The position numbers and the translations under genes were made by a program. DNA of 64,000 bases, taken from an uncultured Prevotella sp. Its GTDB lineage: Bacteria > Bacteroidota > Bacteroidia > Bacteroidales > Bacteroidaceae. The stretch spans positions 17,071 to 81,070 of the forward strand of contig ONTZ01000013.1 in assembly GCA_900320905.1 (NCBI GenBank), in the 5' to 3' direction. Positions 21,929 through 33,058 of this stretch are shown piece by piece. Position 1 is the stretch's first letter. The number at the start of each line of letters is the position of its first letter. The notes beneath the pieces were generated by a model. The model saw only the letters and a list, made by a program, of their open reading frames with translations. It searched no databases and was not told where the DNA came from.

Positions 21929-22942
21929 ATGAAAGTAGCAATTGTGGGTGCGAGTGGGGCCGTAGGACAGGAGTTCCTGCGTATTCTCGCCGAGAGGAAT
22001 TTCCCGATGGATGAACTGGTGTTGTTTGGTTCTGAGCGCAGCGCAGGTAGGAAATACACGTTCAAGGGTAAGGAGATTGAAGTCAAACTGTTGCAGCACA
22101 ACGATGACTTCAAGGATGTGGACATCGCCTTTACCAGTGCCGGTGCCGGTACGTCGAAGGAGTTTGCCGAGACGATTACGAAATACGGTGCGGTGATGAT
22201 TGACAATTCCAGTGCTTTCCGTATGGACGACGATGTGCCCCTGGTGGTGCCTGAGTGCAATGCCGAGGATGCCCTGAACCGTCCCCGTGGTATCATCGCC
22301 AACCCTAACTGCACGACGATCATGATGGTGGTGGTGCTGCAGCCGCTGGAGAACATCTCGCATATCAAGCGCATCCACGTGGCTTCTTATCAGAGTGCTT
22401 CTGGTGCCGGTGCCGCTGCGATGGCTGAACTGCAACAGCAGTATAAGGAGATGGTGGAAGAAGGTGAGGTAAAGACCATCAAGAAGTTTGCCCATCAGTT
22501 GGCCTACAACGTGATTCCCCAGATCGACGTGTTCCAGCCCAATGGCTACACGAAGGAGGAGATGAAGATGTTCAACGAGACTCGTAAAATCATGCACACC
22601 GATGCCAAGTGTTCGGCCATGTGTGTCCGTGTCTCTTCTCTGCGTTCCCATTCGGAGTCGGTGTGGATTGAGACCGAACGTCCCATCAGTGTGGAGGAGG
22701 CCCAGAAGGCCATTGCTGCTGCACCGGGTTGCACGTTGAAGGATGATCCCGCCACGCTGACCTATCCGATGCCTTTGGAGACGGCTGGTAAGGATGATGT
22801 CTATGTAGGTCGTATCCGCAAGGACTTGAGCGATGAGAACGGTCTGACCTTCTGGCTCTCCGGTGACCAGATTCGTAAGGGAGCCGCTTTGAATGCGGTA
22901 CAGATAGCCGAATACCTTGTAGAAGTGAAAAGTGTGAAGTGA
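21929..22942 (+). CDS. asd: Aspartate-semialdehyde dehydrogenase
   Basis: [25 protein letters not shown] and [13 protein letters not shown] motifs. Confidence 0.97.
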   Translation: MKVAIVGASGAVGQEFLRILAERNFPMDELVLFGSERSAGRKYTFKGKEIEVKLLQHNDDFKDVDIAFTSAGAGTSKEFAETITKYGAVMIDNSSAFRMDDDVPLVVPECNAEDALNRPRGIIANPNCTTIMMVVVLQPLENISHIKRIHVASYQSASGAGAAAMAELQQQYKEMVEEGEVKTIKKFAHQLAYNVIPQIDVFQPNGYTKEEMKMFNETRKIMHTDAKCSAMCVRVSSLRSHSESVWIETERPISVEEAQKAIAAAPGCTLKDDPATLTYPMPLETAGKDDVYVGRIRKDLSDENGLTFWLSGDQIRKGAALNAVQIAEYLVEVKSVK

Positions 22943-23442
22943 AAAGTGAAAAGTCTATCATGAACGATTGGATGAGGAGTGGCAGTTTTATTAAACTGCT
23001 ACTTTTCACTTTCTTCTTTTCGCTTTTTGCTACCTCCTGTGGCACAGGCGACGATGATGGTCGCCGTCTGGGAGAGTTGATTGTAGGCACTTGGCAGCGT
23101 GGCTGGGGTGAGGGCGATGTCATCATCGAGGGTGATACCGACCTGGAACCCGAGAGTTTTTCCTACGACCGATTTGTCTTTATGCCCGACGGGAAATATA
23201 ATGGTATGGTTCGCGATGGGTCTTTCTCTTCTTATGATGAGTTTGGAGATATCATCTACGAAGGGACCTACCGTTGCGACAATAATAACCTTAAATTAGT
23301 GTTTACTAACGAGGAAGGACGCAAACAGACGATTCTTGCACAGGTATTATCGTTTACTGATGATACGATGACCCTGCGCTATGAAAATGAAGAGTACAAC
23401 GTTACCGTTACATTGATTCTTAGAAAGGCGGCAGTGGGTTAG
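22939..23442 (+). CDS. Lipocalin-like lipoprotein (start uncertain)
   Basis: Lipobox ATSC; LIVGTW and GTY motifs. Confidence 0.7.
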   Translation: MKSEKSIMNDWMRSGSFIKLLLFTFFFSLFATSCGTGDDDGRRLGELIVGTWQRGWGEGDVIIEGDTDLEPESFSYDRFVFMPDGKYNGMVRDGSFSSYDEFGDIIYEGTYRCDNNNLKLVFTNEEGRKQTILAQVLSFTDDTMTLRYENEEYNVTVTLILRKAAVG

Positions 23443-24239
23443 TCGTCCTCCTCTGCGTCTGCTACATGATAAATGCAGTCGTAGGTAATCTGATGATAGG
23501 CTGAGAAATAACCTAAGCACCCACCCGTGAAGTTCGGGATGGGATTGGTGCCGGTATTGTCCATGATCTGCATGGAGTAGAGATAATCGTAGGCCCGTTG
23601 GTCAATGGCACGTATCTCAATGCGTAACTTATCGCCCTCCTGTAACACATCGCTGTCGCTGCTGCCTTCGCGGAAGAAGGTAAAGAGTTGTTGCAGTTCC
23701 TTATTGGCGTTCTGGTCGTCGCGCATCACCGCCCATCGGTAGCCGATGCCATTGCGATAGATGTGCATAAAGTACCAACTGTCTTCATTGGGAATATCCT
23801 GTAGTCGCAGGTCGCCGAACATAATGCGCTCTGAGGCCACTTTCATCCAGACAAAACGGAACTTATTGAGTGTTGGTGACCGTTGCATGGTAGAGGTAGA
23901 TGTGTAGTGCTGCCCATCCAGTTCCACCTCGATGGTATAGGTGGCGCCAGCCTCCCCCCGGAGTGTGGAAGAACGGTAGAACCCATTACGGCTGTAGGGG
24001 ATGTTCCATCGTTGTCCGTCGTCGGCAGTGAGAGAAACTATTGCGTTGCTGATGTCGCTGATGCCGTTGTTGTCGTCCATCGCATTCGTCCTGCTGATAC
24101 GCACCTCCGTACCTTTATTCGAAATAGAGGCCTCTACGACATAGAGCGGGTCTACCTGATGGTAGTCGAGGTCAATCTCCTTTTCGCAACTGGTGAGAAG
24201 ACACATTATATATAATATATAGAAAGGATATCTCTTCAT
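23439..24239 (-). CDS. DUF4249-like lipoprotein
   Basis: Lipobox LTSCEKEI; C-terminal NF.GGCLGYFSA; downstream of a TonB receptor. Confidence 0.82.
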   Translation of the reverse strand: MKRYPFYILYIMCLLTSCEKEIDLDYHQVDPLYVVEASISNKGTEVRISRTNAMDDNNGISDISNAIVSLTADDGQRWNIPYSRNGFYRSSTLRGEAGATYTIEVELDGQHYTSTSTMQRSPTLNKFRFVWMKVASERIMFGDLRLQDIPNEDSWYFMHIYRNGIGYRWAVMRDDQNANKELQQLFTFFREGSSDSDVLQEGDKLRIEIRAIDQRAYDYLYSMQIMDNTGTNPIPNFTGGCLGYFSAYHQITYDCIYHVADAEEDD

Positions 24240-24242
24240 GTT

Positions 24243-26309
24243 TCAGAATTTAATATTAAACGCCACACTCGGCACGATGCCGAAAAGAGAATACTGCTTG
24301 GCTTTGGTGCGGGCACCGTTCTCACTGTCCTCGAAATTAATGAGGTATGGGTTGTAGCGGTTGTAGAGATTATAGATACTGAATACCCACTCGTGAGTGG
24401 AACGACGGTATTTCTTTGTCCAGACAGCACTGACGTCCAGACGGTGGTAGTCGGGAGCGCGGTAGCCGTTACGCTCAGCATAGTAATAGATCCAGTTGTC
24501 TTCTATCTGATACTTGCCGCTGGGAGCCGTGAAAGCCTGGCCGGTGTTGAAGACCCATGTTCCATTGAGTGACCAGTGTTTTCCCAAACGATACATGGCC
24601 ACGAGACTGATGTCGTGTCGACGGTCATTGTTGGCATCATACCACCTGCCGCCGTTGACACCCGGGATACGGGTCTTCGACCACGAGAGGGTATAGGCGA
24701 GCCATCCCGTCAGTTTCCCTGTATTCTTGCGGAGAGCAAGTTCTGCGCCGTAACCTTTCCCCTCGCCGGACAGGATGAGACGCTCTATCTCAACCTCACT
24801 GCTGAAACTCTTGCCGTCGCGATAGTCAAGTACATTGTCTACTTTCCGGTAGTAGCCTTCGAGTGAGACATCGTAGGCCTGGTCTGAGGTGGCGGCAAAG
24901 ATACCGAGACTGACCTGATCGGCAATCTCAGGCTTGACAATATTACTGCTCAGTGTGTATCTGTCGAAGGGGGTAGAGGTATTCTGGTTGCGTAAGGCAT
25001 GGATATTTTGCGAGGTGCGGGCGTAGGCTAGTTTAATTGAGAATGGAGAATTGAAAATGGAGAATTGATAATTCAGGGAGGCACGGGGTTCGAGGGTGAC
25101 GTGCGTCTTTACGATCTGGTTCTTGCCGTAGTTGTAGTACCAGCCGATGTCACCATTCTCCTCAATGTCGTAATAGAGAGAGCCGCCGAGGGGGGAGAAC
25201 AGACTTGTCCGCAGACCAGCCGAGGCTGTCAGTTGGTCTGTGAGGTGAAAGATGCCATTTAGCCAAAAGGCGTTTTCCCAGGCTCGTCGCTGTTCTTTCA
25301 CATGTTTGTTGACAAACTGCCATTCTGCCGATTTTACATTCAACAGCGTCGATGACAATCCTGCATCTAACTGGTGGTTGCCGAGGTCGATATGGAAATC
25401 CTGCCGGAGGGAGCCCTGTCGGATATGTCCGTTGAACCAGATATTCATGCCGAAGATATCAATGCCGTTATCGGTCAGGTATCCACTATATAATAAGGTG
25501 GTTTGGGCATAGGATCCGCCTCGGAAGTGGTGTAGCCATTTCAGACTGCTTGCCAGGTTGTTCCAGCGGATATCTATCATATCCTCGAGTGCCGTACGGT
25601 CATAGCCTGTGAAGAACGAGAGGAAGAGTTGGTCGCGCTGCCCGATGATCCAATCCAACTTCGCGTTGATATCATAGAAATAGAGTGTGTTGTTCTTGAA
25701 ATCATCCGTCAGTTTGAGGAAGGCATCCAGATAACTGCGACGGGCCGTGACCAGAAAAGAGGCTTTGTCCTTGACGATGGGACCTTCTATCGTCCCTTTG
25801 GCTGAGAGCAGCCCGATGGAGGCTCCCCCGCGCCAGTCCTGTTTGTTACCAGTGCGCCCCGTCAGGTCGAGCACGGCCGATGAGGCACCGCCATACTGGG
25901 CGGGCAACAAACCTTTATAGAGTGTGGCATTGCCGAGGGCGTCATCGTTGAAGGCTGAGAAAAGACCAGCCAGATGTCCTACGTTATAGACGGGCGCATT
26001 GTCGTAGAGTATCAGGTTCTGTGCTGCAGTACCGCCTCTGACCTGAAAACTACTGGATGCATCGCTCTCCGACTTGACACCAGGCAAGAGTTGGATGGCA
26101 CGCATCACATCGTTCTCACCAAAGAGCGAGGGGGCTGCCGTCAGGTCCTTCAGTTGCAGTTGTTCGGCTCCGGCCTGCACATTCTGCACACGTTGCCGGG
26201 CGGAGTTGGAGGTCACGACGACTTCCTCTATCTGCTCCGTGCGGATAGTGTCGTTTAGTGTGGGTGACTGCAAAATGAGTGCAGAACACAGAATGCTAAA
26301 TGCGAACAT
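24243..26309 (-). CDS. TonB-dependent receptor
   Basis: EEVVVT, plug motif QLLPGV...VRGG and terminal Phe. Start set at MFAFS because upstream Mets overlap the promoter. Confidence 0.9.
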   Translation of the reverse strand: MFAFSILCSALILQSPTLNDTIRTEQIEEVVVTSNSARQRVQNVQAGAEQLQLKDLTAAPSLFGENDVMRAIQLLPGVKSESDASSSFQVRGGTAAQNLILYDNAPVYNVGHLAGLFSAFNDDALGNATLYKGLLPAQYGGASSAVLDLTGRTGNKQDWRGGASIGLLSAKGTIEGPIVKDKASFLVTARRSYLDAFLKLTDDFKNNTLYFYDINAKLDWIIGQRDQLFLSFFTGYDRTALEDMIDIRWNNLASSLKWLHHFRGGSYAQTTLLYSGYLTDNGIDIFGMNIWFNGHIRQGSLRQDFHIDLGNHQLDAGLSSTLLNVKSAEWQFVNKHVKEQRRAWENAFWLNGIFHLTDQLTASAGLRTSLFSPLGGSLYYDIEENGDIGWYYNYGKNQIVKTHVTLEPRASLNYQFSIFNSPFSIKLAYARTSQNIHALRNQNTSTPFDRYTLSSNIVKPEIADQVSLGIFAATSDQAYDVSLEGYYRKVDNVLDYRDGKSFSSEVEIERLILSGEGKGYGAELALRKNTGKLTGWLAYTLSWSKTRIPGVNGGRWYDANNDRRHDISLVAMYRLGKHWSLNGTWVFNTGQAFTAPSGKYQIEDNWIYYYAERNGYRAPDYHRLDVSAVWTKKYRRSTHEWVFSIYNLYNRYNPYLINFEDSENGARTKAKQYSLFGIVPSVAFNIKF

Positions 26310-26314
26310 ATGTG

Positions 26315-26424
26315 CAAAGGTACTCATTTTATACACGGTTTATATGGATTATATGTTTTTTTTAGTGTTTTTTCTTAAAAAAACTCCTTATAATCCTTAT
26401 AATCCGTGTTTTTTCGTAACTTTG
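26315..26424. repeat. Divergent-promoter cassette, copy 2
   Basis: 75-bp core at 26334-26408 between outward-facing -7 boxes. Confidence 0.88.
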
Positions 26425-26451
26425 CCACGTCATTACATAAAAGCGAAGATT

Positions 26452-26922
26452 ATGAAGAAGATTTTAGTGGCCTTTGTGGCCTTTGCTGCACTCTGTGCCT
26501 GTAGTAGTGGGGAGAAGAAAAGCCTTGATTACCGTGGCTTGTCGATGGGGCTGCCCTTCAAGACATTCTGCGACTCTCTGGTTGCCCGTGGCTTTGTCAT
26601 CGATTCCGCTAAGACGGATTCCGCATTCACCAATACCGTGCTGGTGAAGGAGGGAGAACTCTACCATTTGGTACTTGCCCAAGAGCGTGATACGCTGAAA
26701 ATGTTGCAGGAGACTTACAACCTCTCTACCAACGACAGTACGCGCAATCTCTGGCAGGCAATCCGCGACCAACTGGAAAAGGATTTAGGCAGTTGGCCCA
26801 ACATGCCGCATCGGGGTGATGACCACAAAGTGGCCAAGTTTGAGGCGGAAGGCGGATTTATTACGGTAACGCTGAAGAATACTTACAAACCGACGCTGAC
26901 CGTTTTGTACGAGATTAAATAA
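26452..26922 (+). CDS. Hypothetical lipoprotein
   Basis: MKKILVAF...LCAC lipobox, downstream of a -7 box. Confidence 0.75.
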   Translation: MKKILVAFVAFAALCACSSGEKKSLDYRGLSMGLPFKTFCDSLVARGFVIDSAKTDSAFTNTVLVKEGELYHLVLAQERDTLKMLQETYNLSTNDSTRNLWQAIRDQLEKDLGSWPNMPHRGDDHKVAKFEAEGGFITVTLKNTYKPTLTVLYEIK

Positions 26923-26942
26923 TAGTCTACGGCACAGACTAT

Positions 26943-27791
26943 TTAAAACAAGGTGAGGGTATAGAGATATACGACAACAGCGGGAATTGCCAGCAGCGAA
27001 GAGTCGAAACGGTCGAGCATTCCGCCGTGACCAGGCAAGATAGTACCACTGTCCTTGATGCCGAGGGTACGCTTGAACAGACTCTCCACAAGGTCGCCCC
27101 AAGTCCCGAAGATGACGACGGTCAGTCCGAGTCCCGCCCACTCATAGGCGTTGAGACCGAGGTCGTTGACACCATATTTGTCGGTCAGATACCAAATCAG
27201 GACGGCGATGGCCACTACGAGGAACCCGCCGCCGATGCTGCCTTCCCAACTCTTTCCCGGCGAGATGCGGGGGAAGAGTTTGTGTTTGCCCAACAGCGAA
27301 CCGCAGAGATAGGCGCCTGTATCATTGATCCAAAGGGATACGAAGACGGCAAGCGGAGCAAGATAGGTGTATTGGATATCGTAGCCAGTCGAGCGGAAAG
27401 CCAACACGTTGAGCAGTGAGAAGGGTAGGGCAATATAGAGTTGACTCATCATCGTATAGGCCCAGTCGCCGACGGGATCATCGTGAATCAGGTAGAGTTC
27501 TGCGATGAGCAGGTAGATAATCGACACGAGGTAGGGGATAAATACGGTGGCTGGAGTCAGTCCGCTGTTATAGCCTGCCATCGCGAAGAAAAAGTAGACA
27601 CCAGCCACCGTGCAGATCATCCGGTTGATGGTGATGTGTTCCCGTTCGTTGACCAGTCCGGTAAACTCCCAGATAGTCAGTCCTGTGACGAGGGCAAAGA
27701 GCAGGATCATTGCTTCTGCCCGTAAGAAGCAAGTGACGATGGCGGCCACAAACAGCACGCCGGTAATGGTTCTGATGATGAAGTTCTTCAT
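26943..27791 (-). CDS. cdsA: Phosphatidate cytidylyltransferase
   Basis: ISPGKSWEG and GDLVESLFKR...KDSGTILPGHGGMLDRFDS motifs. Confidence 0.96.
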   Translation of the reverse strand: MKNFIIRTITGVLFVAAIVTCFLRAEAMILLFALVTGLTIWEFTGLVNEREHITINRMICTVAGVYFFFAMAGYNSGLTPATVFIPYLVSIIYLLIAELYLIHDDPVGDWAYTMMSQLYIALPFSLLNVLAFRSTGYDIQYTYLAPLAVFVSLWINDTGAYLCGSLLGKHKLFPRISPGKSWEGSIGGGFLVVAIAVLIWYLTDKYGVNDLGLNAYEWAGLGLTVVIFGTWGDLVESLFKRTLGIKDSGTILPGHGGMLDRFDSSLLAIPAVVVYLYTLTLF

Positions 27792-29842
27792 TGTTCGTCG
27801 GATGGGGATGATGGGTCTGATGGGTTTTCTTGGGAGGCTTGAGCCTCTAATTCCTTGGCACGTTCCTCAGCCATACGTTCGGCATCGGCACGCATCTGGG
27901 CCTCCAACAGTTCTTCGGCACGACTGATCCAGGGGCGCTTGCCGAAGATACGCTCCACATCTTCCGCAAAGATCACCTCACGGTCGATGAGCAACTGCGC
28001 CAGTTGGGCATGGCCCTCGGCATGTTCTTTCAAGATGCTCTTGGCACGCTCGTATTGTTCGTTGATCATCCGTAGCACCTCGTCGTCCATAATCTTGGCG
28101 GTTGTCTCGGAATAGGGTTTCTGGAACTGGTATTCTGCATTGTTGTAGTAGCAGATATTCGGCAGTTTGTCGCTCATACCGGCAAAGGCAATCATGCCAT
28201 AAGCCTGTTTGGTGGTGCGTTCCAGATCGTTCATGGCACCTGTGGAGATACTGCCGATGAACAGTTCCTCAGCGGCACGGCCTCCTAATAGTGAACACAT
28301 CTCATCGAGCATAGCCTCCTTGGTCTGTAACACGCGCTCCTCCGGGAGATACCAGGCGGCACCGAGGGCCTGACCACGGGGTACGATGGATACTTTTACC
28401 AATGGGTTGGCAAACTCCGTGAACCATGAGATGGTGGCGTGACCGGCTTCGTGGATGGCAATGCTGCGTTTCTCGGCCTGTGTCATCACCTTGGTCTTCT
28501 TCTCCAGACCACCAATGATACGGTCAACGGCATCGAGGAAGTCTTGCTTGCCCACTTTCTTACTGTTATGACGGGCAGCGATGAGGGCGGCCTCGTTGCA
28601 GACATTGGCAATGTCAGCACCTGAGAATCCCGGTGTCTGACGGGCCAGGAAGTCGATGTCAACGGTATCGTCAATCTTGATGGGTTTCAGGTGAACCATA
28701 AACACCTCCTTGCGCTCATTGAGGTCTGGGAGGTCCACGTGTATCTGACGGTCAAAGCGACCTGCACGGAGCAGGGCCGAGTCAAGCATATCGGCACGGT
28801 TGGTAGCGGCGAGGATGATGACACCACTATTGGTGCCGAATCCATCCATCTCTGTCAACAGGGCATTGAGGGTGTTTTCTCTTTCGTCGTTGCCACCCAT
28901 GGCGGGGTTCTTTGAACGGGCACGGCCCACAGCATCGATCTCATCGATGAAGATGATACAGGGTGACTTGGTCTTGGCCTGGGCAAAGAGGTCGCGCACA
29001 CGACTGGCACCCACGCCGACGAACATCTCCACAAAGTCAGATCCTGACATCGAGAAGAAGGGGACACCGGCCTCACCGGCCACGGCCTTGGCCAACAGAG
29101 TCTTACCTGTTCCCGGAGGACCTACGAGCAGGGCACCCTTGGGAATCTTACCACCCAGTTCGGTATATTTCTGCGGATTCTTCAGGAAATCCACAATCTC
29201 CTGTATCTCCTGCTTGGCACCAGCCTGTCCGGCCACGTCCTTGAAGGTGATACCTAAGTCTCCGCCCTTTTCATACATCTTGGCCTTCGACTTGCCGACG
29301 CTGAATACGCCGCCACCGCCGCCCATGCCACCGCCACCCATCCGGCGCATGAAGAGTATCCACAGTCCGATGATGAATGCAAAGGGCAGGATATTGTAGA
29401 GGATCATATTGAACATTTCACTATCCCTGCGGTTCTCATAACTGTAGTCGCCTGTAAAGGTCTTGGCTTCTTTGGCGGCATTCACGAATTCCTCCACCTG
29501 GTCGGTCGAGCCAATCTCTACCTCCATATACGGTTCGTTGCCGGTCTGCTGCGCACTCTGGTGGAACACGTCGCGGATATGCTCCGGCTTCACATACATC
29601 TTCAGGGTGTTCTGGTTCTTGTTCACTACGATTTTCGAGGCATAGCCTTTTTCCACCATCGACTTGAAGTTCGAATAGGTGGCCTTGCTGGCGATACTGC
29701 TGTTTTGGGGACCGCCACTGGAGAACCAGAGTAGGCCGAGGGCAAGGATGGCGATGGCATAGATCCAGTTCATATTGAACCGGGGCATGTTCATCTTCGG
29801 CCCGTTGCCATTGGGCATTTGATTTTTGTTCTTATTGTCCAT
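27788..29842 (-). CDS. ftsH: ATP-dependent zinc metalloprotease FtsH
   Basis: Two TMs, [15 protein letters not shown] and HEAGH. Confidence 0.98.
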   Translation of the reverse strand: MDNKNKNQMPNGNGPKMNMPRFNMNWIYAIAILALGLLWFSSGGPQNSSIASKATYSNFKSMVEKGYASKIVVNKNQNTLKMYVKPEHIRDVFHQSAQQTGNEPYMEVEIGSTDQVEEFVNAAKEAKTFTGDYSYENRRDSEMFNMILYNILPFAFIIGLWILFMRRMGGGGMGGGGGVFSVGKSKAKMYEKGGDLGITFKDVAGQAGAKQEIQEIVDFLKNPQKYTELGGKIPKGALLVGPPGTGKTLLAKAVAGEAGVPFFSMSGSDFVEMFVGVGASRVRDLFAQAKTKSPCIIFIDEIDAVGRARSKNPAMGGNDERENTLNALLTEMDGFGTNSGVIILAATNRADMLDSALLRAGRFDRQIHVDLPDLNERKEVFMVHLKPIKIDDTVDIDFLARQTPGFSGADIANVCNEAALIAARHNSKKVGKQDFLDAVDRIIGGLEKKTKVMTQAEKRSIAIHEAGHATISWFTEFANPLVKVSIVPRGQALGAAWYLPEERVLQTKEAMLDEMCSLLGGRAAEELFIGSISTGAMNDLERTTKQAYGMIAFAGMSDKLPNICYYNNAEYQFQKPYSETTAKIMDDEVLRMINEQYERAKSILKEHAEGHAQLAQLLIDREVIFAEDVERIFGKRPWISRAEELLEAQMRADAERMAEERAKELEAQASQENPSDPSSPSDEQ

Positions 29843-29843
29843 A

Positions 29844-30203
29844 TCAGTCTAAGTCGGGGATAAATGTTAGTTTGGCATCTTCCCAGAGGTGTTCCAGATC
29901 GTAATAGTCACGAACGTCAGGCAGGAAGATGTGTACCAGCACATCGGTATAGTCCATGGCCACCCACTGTGCATGTTCCAAACCCACTACGTGGGTGGGC
30001 TTTTCTTTCAGTTGGTTGCGGGCAAAGTCGCCGACGGACTCCGTGATGGCTTCTACCTGTGCAGGAGAGTTGCCTTGGCATATTATAAAGTATTTACAGA
30101 TGGTGCCGTCAATCTTCGTCAGGTCGGCAATCACAATGTTGCTGCCTTTCTTCTCCTGGATACCCTCTGTGATGATCTTAACAAGTGCTTTTGTTTGCTC
30201 CAT
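29844..30203 (-). CDS. rsfS: Ribosome silencing factor
   Basis: EKKG, WVAMD...VHIF and RDYYDLEHLW motifs. Confidence 0.95.
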   Translation of the reverse strand: MEQTKALVKIITEGIQEKKGSNIVIADLTKIDGTICKYFIICQGNSPAQVEAITESVGDFARNQLKEKPTHVVGLEHAQWVAMDYTDVLVHIFLPDVRDYYDLEHLWEDAKLTFIPDLD

Positions 30204-30382
30204 TAAAATATAAATAGGTGAAATCTTCTGCAAAGGTACTTTAAATTCGGGTGAATAACAAAGGAAAAGCGGAAAAATTGCACTTTTTTATATTTTTTCA
30301 TCGAAAAGTTTTGGTAGTTCAGGAAAAAGTAGTACCTTTGCACCGCATTTTAAGAACAAGGGTGTTCTTTGTGCAAAGACAT

Positions 30383-30453
30383 TGGGGTATGGTGTAATGG
30401 TAACACTACAGATTCTGGTCCTGTCATTCTTGGTTCGAGTCCGAGTACCCCAA
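30383..30453 (+). tRNA. tRNA-Gln (CTG)
   Basis: TGGGGTA/TACCCCA acceptor stem, TTCTGGT anticodon loop and GGTTCGAGTCC T-arm; -7 box at 30333. Confidence 0.96.
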
Positions 30454-30456
30454 CAT

Positions 30457-30495
30457 AATCGCTAAGATGCTGAACGAAGCACTTAGCGATTTTTT
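30457..30495 (+). terminator. Terminator after tRNA-Gln
   Basis: AATCGCTAAG/CTTAGCGATT stem followed by a T-run. Confidence 0.8.
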
Positions 30496-30606
30496 AATGA
30501 CAATGACAGATTCGGACCGTCTCTCCTTAAATGTTGTTAAGGAAATGTGGAATTATTCGCAAATATCAGATTTTATTCGTACATTTGCCACAAATAGTTA
30601 ATCACT

Positions 30607-31551
30607 TTGATGTGGACTAAACCATACGGAATGAAAGAAGGCTTCCTCATCGGAGGAGGCCTTATCATTATTGGACTGATACTTGAGATGATGACAGGCC
30701 CTATCGATTGGGATGTTTTCCGCTGGCCTGTCAACGGCATTGTGCTAATTGGTTTCCTGACAATCATTGCCGTCGCATTCCTGCTGCGCAAGAAAGTCTA
30801 TGCATTCCGTTTCATCAGCACTTATCAGGCGGCGATACCTGCGTTGGTATATGTCATCGTGCTGACGGTTATCATGGGACTGACGCGACAAGAGCCACGA
30901 GTAGGCGAATTTGGTTCGGGAACGGAGGCGAATGGCACCTGGCTGAACAATATGCTGACGTTTTGGTCCTTTGTGCTAATCTACGTGTATATGTCGATGA
31001 TACTTGGCTCGGTGGTGCTGCGCAGACTGTCGCACCTGTCCAGTTGGCTGCGCGATATCCCTTTCCTGCTGAATCATTTGGGTTTATTCCTCGCCATGAC
31101 TACCGCCACATTAGGCAATGCCGACATGCAGCGGTTGAAGATGATTGTGGTAAAGGGAGAGCCTGAGTGGCGGGCATTGACTATTCAGCAGCAGATCGTG
31201 GAGATGCCTTTGACCATCGAACTGAAGGATTTTATCATGGAGACCTACGATGACGGATCGCCCCGTCGTTTTGCCTCAGATATTCAGATTCAGACAAAGA
31301 GTGGCAAGAATATCCAGACCACTGTAGAAGTGAATAAGCCAGTAGAGGTGGATGGTTGGAAGATATACCAATACGGCTACGACACGCAGATGGGTGCCAT
31401 GAGCCAGACAAGCATTCTGGAACTGGTGAGCGACCCGTGGCTGCCGCTGGTTTATACCGGTATCTATATGATGCTCGCCGGAGCGATATGCTTGTTCATC
31501 TTTGGAGGCAAAAAGAAAAATGTAAATTGTAAATCGTCAAATTCTAAATAG
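30607..31551 (+). CDS. Cytochrome c biogenesis protein, ResB/Ccs1-like
   Basis: FLLNHLG, VEVNKP...GWKIYQYGYD and DPWLP.VY.GI motifs. Confidence 0.85.
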   Translation: MMWTKPYGMKEGFLIGGGLIIIGLILEMMTGPIDWDVFRWPVNGIVLIGFLTIIAVAFLLRKKVYAFRFISTYQAAIPALVYVIVLTVIMGLTRQEPRVGEFGSGTEANGTWLNNMLTFWSFVLIYVYMSMILGSVVLRRLSHLSSWLRDIPFLLNHLGLFLAMTTATLGNADMQRLKMIVVKGEPEWRALTIQQQIVEMPLTIELKDFIMETYDDGSPRRFASDIQIQTKSGKNIQTTVEVNKPVEVDGWKIYQYGYDTQMGAMSQTSILELVSDPWLPLVYTGIYMMLAGAICLFIFGGKKKNVNCKSSNSK

Positions 31552-31553
31552 TC

Positions 31554-32342
31554 ATGGTGACCTGGGAACAATTTATTTATTTCGCTATAGCAGCAGTCTT
31601 GTTGTGGGCGGTAGGTGCCTGGGCAGCGTGGCGTGAAAAGGCGGCTCTGGCCTATACATCGACCATCATCGGCCTCGCTGTGTTCTTTAGTTTTATCCTG
31701 ATGATGTGGGGTTCCCTGGAACGCCCACCGTTAAGGACGATGGGCGAGACACGTCTCTGGTATTCGTTCTTCCTGCCACTGGCGGGTATCATCGTCTATT
31801 CGCGCTGGAAGTACAAGTGGATACTCTCTTTCTCTACAGTTCTGGCGCTGGTATTCATCTGCGTGAACATCTTCAAGCCAGAGATTCATTCCAAGACGCT
31901 GATGCCAGCCTTGCAGAGTCCTTGGTTCGCCCCACACGTCATAGTCTATATGTTCGCATACGCTGTATTAGGTGCTTCTACTGTGATGGCACTCTATCTG
32001 TTGTTCTTTAAGAAAGGCAACATCGCTGACGAAGAATTCGACATTACGGATAATCTGGTGTATGTCGGCCTCGCCTTTATGACCATCGGCATGCTTTTCG
32101 GCGCACTCTGGGCCAAAGAGGCATGGGGGCACTATTGGTCGTGGGATCCCAAGGAAACTTGGGCTGCCATCACTTGGTTCGCCTATCTGGTGTATGTGCA
32201 TTACAGGCAGATACCCACTCACAAGCCAAAGATTGCTCTGTGGGTGTTGCTTGTCTCTTTCGTATTGTTGCAGATGTGTTGGTGGGGCATTAATTACCTG
32301 CCCAGTGCTATGCAGACTTCAGTTCATGTATATTCCAAGTGA
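31554..32342 (+). CDS. ccsA: Cytochrome c biogenesis protein CcsA
   Basis: WWD domain GALWAKEAWGHYWSWDPKETW; PALQSPW..PHV. Confidence 0.93.
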   Translation: MVTWEQFIYFAIAAVLLWAVGAWAAWREKAALAYTSTIIGLAVFFSFILMMWGSLERPPLRTMGETRLWYSFFLPLAGIIVYSRWKYKWILSFSTVLALVFICVNIFKPEIHSKTLMPALQSPWFAPHVIVYMFAYAVLGASTVMALYLLFFKKGNIADEEFDITDNLVYVGLAFMTIGMLFGALWAKEAWGHYWSWDPKETWAAITWFAYLVYVHYRQIPTHKPKIALWVLLVSFVLLQMCWWGINYLPSAMQTSVHVYSK

Positions 32343-32343
32343 T

Positions 32344-32820
32344 ATGAGAAAGAGCATTTTGATAATCACTGCCCTGTTGATGACAAAAACCAAAACGACT
32401 ATAACCTATCTGATGGTTGTCATAACCATCCTTTTCCTCTCCTGTACCAGCAAACAGCAGAGTGAGGTTCCTACGGGTGAAATGTTCGACGAGGCCACCG
32501 TTTCCTTTGCCAAGGCATATACCTTTCTGCGGAAGTGGATGGAGACCGATACCACGGGTAAGGACATGCCTAGGATCATTCTTCGTCTTGACAACATCGC
32601 CACCAGTTATATCCACACGTCAGAGTATGCGAAAGCCAAGATGTGGCTCGACAGGGAAGACTCCGCACTGGCCATTTATTCCCAAAAACCGAATGTCGTC
32701 GAGAAACAGGCCGACTTCCTGAAAGGAACCATCCAACTCGATTTGGCCGCGATGTGCCAACAATTAGGCCAGAGTGAAGAGGCGCACGCCATTACGACGA
32801 GCACCGCAAGACCGTCTTCT
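32344..32820 (+). pseudogene. Truncated TPR-like sensor/lipoprotein remnant
   Basis: Lipobox-like N-terminus and helical TPR-like segment; apparent frameshift near 32783 (the alternative frame reads ARHYDEHRKT); runs into an opposite-strand fragment. Confidence 0.5.
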
Positions 32821-32957
32821 CGGAGCGTAACGTGGCACTCGTTCGGTACTTCAAGATTCTCTTTCTGTTCCTCCGGTGCCAGGTCCCTTTTACAACTGCC
32901 AGACGACAGACATAGCAGGATAGCCATCATATAAAGCGCGAATGACCTGATTCTCAT
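32820..32957 (-). pseudogene. 5' remnant of a lipoprotein gene
   Basis: MRIRSFALYMMAILLCLSSGSCKR signal peptide with its own -7 box (33020-33027), then fused head-on to the + strand remnant. Confidence 0.45.
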
Positions 32958-33058
32958 TTAATTACTGACTGTATCTATATTTAATATAATATTGCAGCGT
33001 GATTCCACGAATCACGCTGCAAAGATACATAAAAGCAGGCAAACCGCCAAACTTTTGA

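Noticed and set aside
30430-30500. tRNA-Gln 3' end as the attachment site of an integrated element
   Set aside because: No duplicated tRNA 3' end or integrase was found downstream by eye.
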